From: Hydrolagus colliei
Lineage: Eukaryota
Length of the DNA stretch: 64,000 bases
Assembly (NCBI GenBank): GCA_035084275.1
Contig: CM068742.1
Coordinates: forward strand, 101,742,001-101,806,000
Reading direction: 5' to 3'
The position numbers were made by a program, and so were the translations under genes. The notes under the pieces were generated by a model that had not been told where the DNA came from, did not search any database, and saw nothing but the letters and a program-made list of their open reading frames with translations. Position 1 is the first letter of the stretch. The number at the start of each line of letters is the position of its first letter. Positions 52,808-64,000 of the stretch are shown one piece after another.

Positions 52808-54632
52808 GGTGACCTAATGATGTGGAAGTCGGCCATTTTTCCTTTAGTGTGAAAAACAGATGGTGCACAGGAAGCAAGCTGTCCAGCTTCACATACGTTC
52901 AGTGAAATAAGCTCTCATGCCCTGTTATATCCCTGGTTGGGATTTTAGCGCTATTGGTTCACAAATCTTCCCTTTGGATTTTGGTTAATGAACCCTACAG
53001 TTTTTGTTAACCATTCCAACCACAATGTGGTAATGGGGACACTAATTTCTTGCAAAGTGATAAACATTATGTGCAAAGGACAGTGGGTGAAGGAAAGTAA
53101 GTGGAAGATGGAGCTACAACAACTAGTGCAAGCTGATCTGGGGAGCTGAGCCGGAGCTGGGAGCATAAGTGAGAATTATAAGCTTTATTGGGAAAACGAG
53201 CAGATTATCCACCTCCCAAATTTCAGTGGACACATAGTTTCATAAAACTGTTCTGCTTTTAGAGTGAGATCTGCCAATTCCCCCCAGTAACAGAGATGTT
53301 TTTGGTTTGTGCATGCTGAGTACGGCTGGTGTGAGCTGTTTTATCACTGCCATTTTATGAAAACCAGGTGCCCGTGCAAGAACTATAACAACAATTACAG
53401 ATGTGAAAACACACTAAACTGTGATTCAACCCAGAACCCAATGTTTAAATCCCCAAATAGTCCACATAGAGTGAGGTCTAAAATTCAATGCAGTTTAGCC
53501 CAATTCAGAAGCCTATACCTGCCTGGATAAATCAATGGAACTTTCTGTTTCACTTAATGCATATCACTGCTTGTGGATCTTTCTATGTACCTTTCTATCC
53601 TAGTGCAGCAACATTAATGTATTAATAATAATCCTTGCATCCGATATAGTTCTGTATCAGTTTCAAACCACTTCACAGAATATACTGTGAAGTGAATTGA
53701 CTGTATATTTTGGGGGAGAAAGCACATAACAGGAGCTAGTGAGCAGCATGCCCATCTGTCTTGCCAGTAAGGATGCATATCACAGAGAAACTCAGCAAAG
53801 GAAAGTATACATATACTTTACCAAGTTTACTATGAGGCATTTTGACATCATGATAATAATCTAATAATCATCTGGGAGTATTTTACATTAACATTTCCAT
53901 GATCTATGCCTTGGGACGTCCTCCCAATGTGAAAGGCGCTCTATAAATGTAATTTTGCTGTTGTATTTTGTTCTTGTTGATCCGTGGCATTGAACCACAG
54001 GGGTGAGATAGACCCAAGGACCAGGAAGTCCTTTTTGAGCAATAAATCTCAATTTTTCAGTGAAATTCTGTTGGTAGCTATGCTTTTCCCTGAAATATAA
54101 TATTTTTAAACTGGTTTGTTTGGCCTATTTTTTGACAGCTGTGATTGCGAAACATAAAATGTATCTGGCTGTGATGGCAGTTCCGGGAATACTCAGGTAA
54201 TCCATTTCTGATACTCCAGAACTGTCTTCGAAGTGTATTCGAGGAACGTAGCATTGCAGCCTGATACTTTCTGGATATGAAGGATAATAATAATTCAAGC
54301 ATTTGATTAGACCTCTTTCATCTTATCAAATCTTCTCAAAGCATTTCACAGGATTTACTGTGTGTTTGTTAGAAAATGTTTAGGTTAATTACTCATTGTT
54401 TATTTGTATTCAGTTTATCTCTTGATTTTCAGATGAGATGTTAAACTGAGTTCTCAATTTGGCTTTTCAGCTGGATGTCAAAGTTCCCATTACACTATTT
54501 GAAAACAAAGGAGTTTCACCCAGTATCCTGGCCAACAATCCTCTAGTTAAATTGGCCATTGATCTCCTGGATGTTTGTGGTACATTTCTGTGTGCAAATT
54601 GGCTGTTGTGTTTTGCAACAAATACAAATATA

Positions 54633-55309
54633 CAGGTATCCCTCCCCAACCTCGGGGATACGTTCCTCTAAACTTCCATGGTTGGTAAAATCACGGTTGG
54701 ATAATGCAGGGCCCTATGGCAAATAGGGAGATAGGGGGAGTACATGTGCTTTTTCATAGTTAGAAAATGCAAGGCCCTATGGGAAACATAGGGATAGGGG
54801 AAGTAAGTTCACGTTTAGTAAAACTAAACACAAAAAAATACAGTTATAACATACATGGGGATAGGGGGAATAAGTTTGGGCGCATCTGCAGCAATCTCCC
54901 AGGCTGTCTGACTGATTGACTGGTCTGCAGAGAGAGAGAAATCATGGTGAGTGACACGGAAGGTGGGGTGGGGGGGGGGGGGGGGGGGGGGGGGTGGATG
55001 ACACCGAGGGCGGGGGGATGTGGGTGACACGGAGGGTGGGGGTGTGTGGGTGACACAGAGGGTGGGGGAGAGAAATTAACGGAGATTTACCTTAAGCCTA
55101 AGAGAGAAGCGACATCTCGCTGGTTGTTTGCGACATAGCAACTGGGTCCTAGTGCTATACGCTGTGCTAAACTTGAAAATTTAAACCCGCGGATTTAAAT
55201 CGCGGCTACGCAAGACGCAAAATGCGGTTTGCGAGGGTTATCATATTTAGCAAACCATGGATGTGTGCGTTTCGTGGTTGGCGAGGCCTTGGTTGGGGTG
55301 GGATACCTG
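54633..55309. mobile_element. Non-autonomous Tigger/pogo-like element inserted in a Deu-type SINE
   Basis: 19-bp TIRs CAGGTATCCC(T/A)CCCCAACC. Left flank TA, right flank TG. G-rich core. The SINE sequence resumes after the element. Confidence 0.88.
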
Positions 55310-55718
55310 TGTATACTTTACCAAGTTTACTATGAGGCATTTTGACATCATAATAATAATCATGTGGCATTTGATATAGTGCTTCATTACATCATCAAAA
55401 TGTTTCAAAGAGCTTCACTGCATTTACTATAAAATCTCATGAATATATATTTTGAAGATCAAAGTAGCAGCCAATTTGTGCACAAACATATCCAACAAAC
55501 AGCCATGAAGGGAATGATCAATGTTATCTGGGGGATTGTTGTCCAGAACACCAGGAGACACTCCCTCCTGAAGCACTATTTCAAATTCAAGGATAATTTG
55601 ACAAGATTCCACTATGTTTGATTTATTGGGCATTGTCATTGTGCTAGTAAAATGCCCTTTTTCTATTAACATAAAAGTAACAAAAGATCTAATGTAGAAC
55701 ACTGACTGCCATTGAATA

Positions 55719-55783
55719 CAATGCTGAATACAGTGTGATCTAAAGAAGGATCAATGCTGAATACAGTGTGATCTAAAGAAGGA
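55719..55783. repeat. Tandem duplication, two identical 32-bp units, period 33
   Basis: CAATGCTGAATACAGTGTGATCTAAAGAAGGA twice, separated by one T. Confidence 0.9.
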
Positions 55784-57906
55784 AGCAGCAGCACTCTGAC
55801 TGAGTTCAGATTATTTCACAATCTAATCTGATACAGTGGGGTATAAAAATATCAATTTCATAAACCAGATGTGTTGATTTCCTGCCTGTGAATATCAGAC
55901 TCACATCCCGCTGGGATATTGTGCTACAGCCTTTTGGTTCCTCAAGATCTGCTATTCTCCGAGTGTAAATTTTGTAACCCAATACAGTATTCACAGACTG
56001 GAAGTCTCTGTGAACACAATAGATCTGATTCCTGAGTATCGCCTCGTTATGTCTTTACACTGACCAGAATGATCAGATTTTAGCAGTGGTTATGAAAGAT
56101 ATTTTGGAAAATATATATCTTGGGAAAACAACTTCTTTTCAGATTCTATTTTCCAAGAGTGCGCTCAGCATGAGAGAGATAAAGGTCCTGGTATTTATCA
56201 CATTAAATAAACTACATTTGTCGACAAATGTACACAAACCATATGTTGCTTTGCCTGCTTGTTTCAAGAATGATCTGAAATGTCTATTTCCAGCGGCTTC
56301 ATGCAATATTTACAAGAATCAAATGTGACACGTGCCAGGAAGGGGCAAGCTGCTACAAAGAGCTAATTGGGCAATAGCCAACCCATACAAGGTGAGACTC
56401 TGGAACCCACTTAAGATAGAAGAAAGGTCTTCTCCTGAATTAGGTGTTGGATTTCACAGTTCTGATAGAATCAAAAAGGACTTGGTTTTAATGGCAAACT
56501 CATTACACCATTACCGATACTCCAGGGTATTTTCGCAGAAAGCACATTGCTATTATTATGTGTTATTTATCAAACCTGCTGGGTAATGCATTATGAAAGT
56601 CTCTTTCAGCCTGGACTGATTAAGGTTTTGGGGAATTCACATACATTGTTACAATAGAAAATAAATCCAGATGAAGGTTGAGCCATAGTCAACCCCAGTA
56701 ATTGGTTTTTATTAATAAATATTAATCAATGACAAAAGTACATTAGTATAGCGGCCTTCATGTCAGTGGGATATCCCAAAGCATTAATCATTATTCTTGC
56801 CTTTGATATAGCTCTTTATCAAATAATTGAAATGTCTCAAAATAGTTCACAGGATTTATTGGTAAGTTTAATGAACATCAAGGTTCCACAAACAAGCATG
56901 AAGTGAATGATCAATTTTATCTGGAGGATTGCTGACCAGGACATCGAGAGAAACACCTTTCTCTTTTCAAATACAGTAGTGGAAGTTAAAGATCCTGTGA
57001 CACTTTCTCAAACTGTATGATTCAACCAAAATATAAACCCACTGTTCATATTTTTCCCAAATAATACCCGAATGAGTATGTGTAGTAGTTTGGATCTTGA
57101 GTTTAAGATTGACACTGATAGGGAAACACAGCACAGAAATGGATTGACTCCTTCAGACTAGATGTTGAACTGGCATCCCATTTGGTTGTTCTTTATGTGA
57201 ACGTAGAGCTCCCATTCCATTATTGAAAATGAGGAAAGGTTTTCTTGTTGCGTCTAAGGCCAACAATCCCTCAAATAAACAGGTGATTCATAAATAGGTC
57301 ATTCATTCATGGCTGCTTGTGGAAGCTTGCAGTGTGCAACTGCCTGTCTGTTGTAATTACCTATGACACTGCTGATGTCAGCACAGCCGTCCTGGCTCAT
57401 CAGCAGGGCAGACCTGTCACTGGGGATAGGGAATCATCCCACTCAGCTCCTGTTAATCCTGCAAACTAAAGCCCTAACTGGACAAGCAACAGGAAAGTTT
57501 GCCGGATAGGAATATCAATGATAAGCTGTGTGGTTTTAGCTGGTTCGACCTTAGCAGTTACCTCAACACACACTCTTGGGCCCCAAGTCAGAGACCTGGC
57601 CAACAATCCCCCAAATAGAATTGCTCATTCACACCATCGCCTTTGTACAAATTGGCCGCTGCATTTACCCTCAAAATACAGTCACTGAATTTTATATCCT
57701 GTGAAGCATTTCAAGGCATCCTCCCAACATGAAAGTTACTATAACAAATGGAAGGATTATTATTATTATGACAGGGGTGTGAGCAGAACAGAGAAGTAGG
57801 GAATGAAATGAAAGTGAAAATCTTGGAATCAATCTATTCTGCAACAGGAGTCTGGTGAGAACTAGGGTGATGGGGATGCAGAGCCTGGTACGAGTGAGGA
57901 CACAGA

Positions 57907-60026
57907 TAGCAGGAGTAGGCCATTCAGCCCCTCAAGCCTGCCCTGCCATTTGATAAGATCATGGCTGATCTTCTGACCTAAATCTAATTACCTGCCCTAT
58001 CCCCATATCCCCTAATTCGTCTATTTAAAAAAAAATCTATCAGTCTCAGCCTTGAAAATGTTCAAGGACTGAGCATCTACAGCCGTCTGGAGTAGTGAAT
58101 TCCATGACTACCATCTGAGTGAAGAAATGTTTCCTCAACTCTATTCTAAAAGGCTGACCCTTAATTTTAAGATTATGACCCCTGGTTATAGATTCTCCTA
58201 CCAGGAGAAACAATCCCTAACTGTCTACTTTATCCAGCCCTTTAAGAATCTTATATGTTTCAATAAGATCTCCACTAATTCTTCTGTACTCTAGAGAATA
58301 CAGCCCTAGTTTATTCAACCTATCCTCATAGGTCAGTCCCCTCATCCCAGGAACTAACCTAGTGAATCTACGCGGCACCCCCTCTAAGGCAAGTATGTCC
58401 TTTATTAAATAAAGAGGCCCAAACTGCACACAATACTCTAGGTGCGGTCTCACCAAGGCCCTATACAGTTGCAGCAAGACTTCCCTACTCTTGTATACTA
58501 CACCTTTTGTAATGAACGCTAGCATGCCATTCGCCTTCTTAGTTGCTTGCTGCACCTGCAAACTAACTTTTTGAGACTGGTGTACAAGGACACCCAAATC
58601 CCTTTGTACACTAATACTATCTAACTTCTCCCCATCTAGAAAATAATTATTTTTTTATTTTTGCTACCTAATTGAATAATTTCACACTTCCCCACATTAA
58701 ATTTCATCTGCCACCTGCTCTCCCACTCCCCTAGCCTATCTATATCCCGTTGCAATCTTTTTGCATCATCTTCACAGCTGACACTCCTACCTAGTCTAGT
58801 GTCATCTGCGCATTTAGACACGTTGCATTCAATGCCTTCGTCTAGATTATTGATGTAAATTGTAAATAGCTGAGGCCCAAGCACAGATTCTTGTGGCACT
58901 CCACTAGTTACATCTTGCCAATTAGAGAATGACCCATACTAATATTAATCTCCCTAAGTTGCTCGCTAACATTGTGTTCTTGGTTCCCCTCTATTCTTGG
59001 TAGGTATTTACTGTCTTCACGGTGAAGACAGTAGCAAAGTACTTGTTTAATGACTCTGCCATGTCTTTGTCCCCTATTATAATTCCCCCTGTCTCTGCCT
59101 GTAACGGATCCACATTCACCCTTGATAGCCTTTTTCTCTTTATATATTTGTAGAAACTCTTGCAGTCTGTCTTTATGTTCCTTGCTAGTTTGCCCTCATA
59201 TTCTATTTTCTCCCTCTTGATCAATTTTTTGGTTCTCCTTTGTTGATCCCTAACGCTCTCCCAATCATTAGGTTTACCACTCACCTTCGCTGTTTTATAG
59301 GTTTCTTCTTTTAACGTTATACTTTCTCTAACTGCTCTAGTTAGCCAAGGTTGGACCACCTTTCCCATGGCATTCTTACTCCTTAAAAGAATACATGTTC
59401 CTTGGGAATTTTGCACTATCTCCTTGAATATCTGCCATTGCTGCTCTACTATCAAATCCTTAAATCTAATTTCCCAGTTTATCTTGGCTAAACCCTCTCT
59501 CATACCAACAAAGTTGGCTCTATTTAAATTTAGTACCTTTGCTTCGGACTTAACTACTTCCCTCTCGAACTTGATGCTAAATCCCATCATATTATGATCA
59601 CTTTGCCCTAGAGGAGCCTTAAGTTCCAGTTTGCTGATCAGCCATGTTTCATTACACAAAACAAGGTCTAATATGGCCTGTTCCCTGGTTGACTTGGCAC
59701 ACTGATCGAGAAAATTATCCCTAAAACATTCTATAAACTCTTCCTCTATCTTACTTTTCCCAATTTGGTTGTCCCAGTCTATATGCAGATTAAAATCACC
59801 CACAATTAGTGTCTTTCCTTTGCTACATGCTCCACTAATCTCCTGATTTATACCTTGAGCGATACTTTGACTGCTGTTTGGGGGGTCTATAAACTACTCC
59901 CACTAGAGTTTTCTGCCATTTATTGTCATGTATCTCTACCCACACTGACTCTGTATCCTGCTTTTCTGATTTAAAATCTTTCCTCTCCACTGTTTTTATC
60001 CCATCCTTTATTAGCAGGGTCACCCC
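57907..60026 (-). mobile_element. CR1 LINE, degenerate, endonuclease plus RT with internal deletion
   Basis: APE motifs ESVWVEI, GVVYRPP, GDFNLH and SDHN; RT motifs PQESVLGP, CADDTRL and LVRPHLEYCVQF. Frameshifts, and an internal deletion near 58940-58990. 3' UTR gaatggcctactcctgc. Confidence 0.93.
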
Positions 60027-60515
60027 CCAGAGGATAACTGGATACCGAACTCGATCCCACTATCCCGGCAAGAACCGCAGGTGAGGAGATGTTAATGGGA
60101 GCCAAGGATCACACTATTGCCTTGTCCATGATCAATTGTAGAGTCAGTCATAAATATATAATAGACAGGCATATCCCTCTACAGTTGTGCTGGACTCTTA
60201 TAAAATGGATCTAACATAGAGACTTGTATTAGGAATTGCCAACTGCCACTCCAAGTCACCAACACAGGAGACCTGATGGCAACCAGAAGTGTATCACACA
60301 TCCCAATGGGAACATCCCTCCAATTTAACCTACTTCTTGTCCCTGGAGCCCTGAGCATCAACATGACACATTCCAGGTTCCTAGAAAGAGTCATTATTTG
60401 TGACTCGGTTTCATTATTAGGGTCTCCTGATAATGATTTGTAGCAAATTACACCCCACCATCATCACCACCACCACTACCAGATGTAAATTGAGCCTAGA
60501 AGATGTGAAAAGCGC

Positions 60516-60823
60516 AATAATAATAATAATAGAATCCTTGCATTTGATATATAGCGCTTTTCACATCTTATCGATGTCCCAAAGTGCTTCACAGAATATA
60601 CTGTAAAGTGAATTGACTGTATATTTGTGGGCAGCCAATTGTGCACAGCAGTGTCCCACAAACAGTCATGGATTGAAATGACCAATTTTATTATTGTGGT
60701 TTTTTTAGACGATTATTAGGCGTGTGGAGTAAGGAAACTTGCCTAAGGTTTCACCCTGACCTGCCTGAATTCCAAAACAGGTCTCCCCAGCTTGGTCTCC
60801 CCAGCTTGCAAGCCACAGGAGCT
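60516..60823 (-). mobile_element. tRNA-derived SINE, short subfamily
   Basis: Same body and tail; partly deleted head. Confidence 0.85.
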
Positions 60824-62084
60824 CCAATATCAAAAGCAAGGATGATTATTCTTTGTCACTTCAAAATCACTGCCAACAGGCAAATGATTGCTGAATGGCC
60901 TCTGACCATTTCCCTATGTTCCTAAGATCTAATGTAGAACAAGGAAGGGAGCTTTGCAAGGACTGCAAAGCTGTAATAAACAGGTAAAGCAGGTTAAGTG
61001 AGTAGCTTCAAGCTCTTTGTGCCCATGAGTGAACTTCTGATTTTGGTTTGCATTAAGAGTTTTGTGATGACAGCTACTCAGACAAAAATTAAACCAGTAG
61101 TTCGTACGTATTATTTAGGAACAATGACTATTCATCATAAACACATGGTTAAATAATACTGGCAGACACAAGACCAAGAGGTACTATTTTGAAACAATAA
61201 AAGGGGCTTTGGATGATTGAGGGAAACCCAGAGATTGTGAGGATTTGGGAGCAGAAATAGTTTCTCGTCACATCTGAAAAATAAACAATTACAATGCTGG
61301 GAGAAATGCACAATTCTTTCCTCTGCTCCCTTAAAAGGAGAAATATTTAATTTCCAATTACATCAAGATTTGACTGAGGTACTTGGCAATTTTAGACCAG
61401 ACTGACTCACTCATAGTAATAATAATAAAAATGATCCATTCATTTGGTATCTTATACACATAGCAAACTATGTGAGCATTCAAGAACATTGAGGGAAAGT
61501 GTAAATTATAGGCTTCATATTTTAGCCTTTCATTCCTTCTCTCTTCTATTTTATGTTTTCATCCTTCAAGGCCATTTTATAGTTGACCCGTTTCTTATTC
61601 CATCCAGTTCCATTTTAATGTTCATCGTCCTGTCTCTTATCTGCATTTTTCTTCTTTGAAACCATCTGAATCAGAGACTCACACGCTCATTCTTTTCTTC
61701 TCAGGTTATTGACTGTTCTTGGAGTTAACAAAGCCTTTGGCGCTTTCTTTTTCAGTGCTAAAGCCATTTGTTTCAGGCAAAACAGTACAATTGCCACCTT
61801 GCCTTAACTCAACAACATAACAACAACAAAATTATATTTATAGAGAGTCTTTCGCATTGGGAGGACATCCCAACTCACTGAGTAACAGGAATTTATTTAA
61901 TCAAAAGGAAAATCAGGAACCCTATTAACAATTCTCATGAGCAATTTCCAATACAAGCCTCTCTATCTTACACCTCATTTGGTAAGGGGGCAAAATAAAC
62001 TGCACAGGGATATCCTGGCAGCTTAGATCCTTCTGTCTCTAGCAATAGGGTCTTGCTCCATCCGGTCTTTGTGGCCTCTTTCAA

Positions 62085-62863
62085 TCGTTCACTCAGTAAA
62101 CACTGGCCTGCTTCATGACCTATGCCCTATCTGGCCAATCATCGGTTGGTGGGCTTTTAACTATTCTGCTCCTACTCTCTGGAACTGTATTCCAGAGCTC
62201 TTCCAACTTGTTCCCTCTGTCCCCTTGTTAAAGGACCATTTCAAAACATACATACTACGGGAACTCTCTCCTCGTTGGCCTCCCCAGCTCCTCCCTTCAC
62301 AGGCTGCAGATCATTCAGAACTCTGTAGCTCGTGTACTCTCCCATACCAGGCTTCACGACCACATCACTCCCTCCCTCGCCCATCTCCATTGGCTCCCTG
62401 TCACCCAGAGGAGCGAATTCAAGATCCTTGTCCTCACTTTCAAGGCCATTCACAGCCTTGCCACCACCTATCTCTCTGACCTACTGTATCCCTATCAGCC
62501 TGCCCATATCCTCCATTCAGCAGACTCAGGCCCGCTCCACGTCGACAACCCTAACCACCCAACCAACGGTGGCCGGGCTTTCAGCCTCTCTGCTCCCACA
62601 CTGTGGAACTCCATCCCACAGCCCCTCCACCTTGCTTCCTCCCTTTCCTCCTTCAAGGCCAGTCTCAAGACTTTCCTCTTCGACCGCGCCTTCAGCTGCC
62701 CACTAACTCTTCCCCCTCTCCCACTCTCCTTTCCCTTCTCCCTACTTCAACTCTCCCCACCCCACCCCACCAATCCCCCCACTTGGGTCCCGACCAGACT
62801 GTTCAGCACTTTGGGACGTCCTCCCGACGTGAAAGGCGCTATATAAGTGCAATGTTGTTGTTG
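62085..62863 (+). mobile_element. Two adjacent L2 3' fragments
   Basis: AFNYSAPTLWN remnant, then NSLLVGLP...RLQIIQNSVAR, ending gggacgtcctcccgacgtgaaaggcgctatataagtgcaat(gtt)n. Confidence 0.88.
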
Positions 62864-64000
62864 TCTGACCTTATTTCCAGTGACCTTTCCCCATACCATC
62901 AACCCCTCGGCCCATCTCCAGCTAAACCAAGAGTCGAATATTTTGAGATGTCCTCCCAACATGAAAGGCGCTACATAAATGTAAAGTGTATTATATAATA
63001 ATTATCCTTTCAGTTGATAAAATGCCTTTCACATTGGAATGAAATCACAAAGCAAGTCACAGAATATACTGTAATATAGCAACGGTGTATTTTGTAGGCA
63101 AATGCACAGGCAATTTGTGCACACATTTGAAATCAATCATTTTGAAGTGATTCTTTTTTATTGCACGGAAAAACAAAACAGAAAGAAAATGGAGTAAACA
63201 AGCTCTCCGGGACAGTATCCTGCTTGAGGGCACCATATGAATACCAGTCCTTACCATTGTTGTAAAGCACACTGCAAAACAACAGTTGTGTTTAAAGAAA
63301 TTACACCTTGTTTCCATGAAGTTGTACGTACCGTAGACTGCTCCAGGCCAGGATTCCACATTACATCACCACAAACAATAAACTTTCCATAGTGTAAAAT
63401 GAATCAACAAGAATGCTTACAAACATGTAAGTCAAATTTGCAAAGGTTTGTCTTGACATTAAGAAGACCTGTTACAGAAAGAGCTGTTTGCCTACTTGTC
63501 CTCCTTGAGCCCAATAAAGTTCTGTGAAGACGGAGAAATAGGTTAAGTGAGAACGAGGTGAAAAAACACCCAAAATAATAATAATTCTTGCATTTGATAT
63601 AGCGCTTTATCAGGTTTTTGAGACATTTCAAAGCACTTCACAGAACACGCTGTCAAGGGAATTGATTGTGTATTTTGTGGGCGAAATGCTAGAAATCTGG
63701 GAAAAATAGGAAATACTGGAAATGAAAAATAACCCCAAAACATGAACCTATCTTCGTCTTACAGATACTGCCTGACCAGTTTTATAATTTCCACATTTTT
63801 TGATTCTGTTGTCAACAAGTCGATGACCGTGCAAAGATCTCTTGAGGTTTGTTCCCTTGAACTGCACACTCACGAATGCCAAGAGGGGAGACAGGCAGAC
63901 AAGGCTTTGAGCTTCTTCCTCTATCAAATCCTCCTCTCCTGCTGTTGCATTTAGCACAACCACACGATAAGATGCCTGCTCAGAAGATAAAACAAGCTAG

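Noticed and set aside
54962-54997. Long G-run as a functional G-quadruplex
   Set aside because: Lies inside a MITE core, and homopolymer length is unreliable; covered by the MITE-core finding.

Overview
Vertebrate nuclear DNA, repeat-rich and CpG-depleted. The L2/CR1 LINE and tRNA-SINE content suggests a cartilaginous fish, probably a holocephalan such as the elephant shark (inference). The only host gene I can support is the 3' part of phosphoglucomutase 5 (pgm5, aciculin) on the minus strand. It has five GT-AG coding exons of 116, 136, 184, 135 and 90 bp (46295-46410, 31500-31635, 28895-29078, 23406-23540, 16366-16455), equivalent to PGM1/PGM5 exons 7-11, which splice in frame to about 220 C-terminal residues. 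I found no earlier exon in the window. The rest is intronic or downstream sequence filled with L2 and CR1 fragments, dozens of SINEs with L2-type tails, four non-autonomous DNA transposons with clear TIRs, foldback elements and several unnamed repeats. I see no evidence of a new multi-gene system. The best leads are: (1) a CR1 3' end that now forms the splice acceptor of pgm5 exon 9 and offers a second, in-frame acceptor adding 10 aa; (2) a perfect 23-bp inverted repeat that creates a MEF2/E-box/MEF2 module in a pgm5 intron; (3) PGM1-like catalytic-loop residues retained in this PGM5. Exon, TIR and TSD coordinates were counted to the base; old repeat boundaries are approximate.
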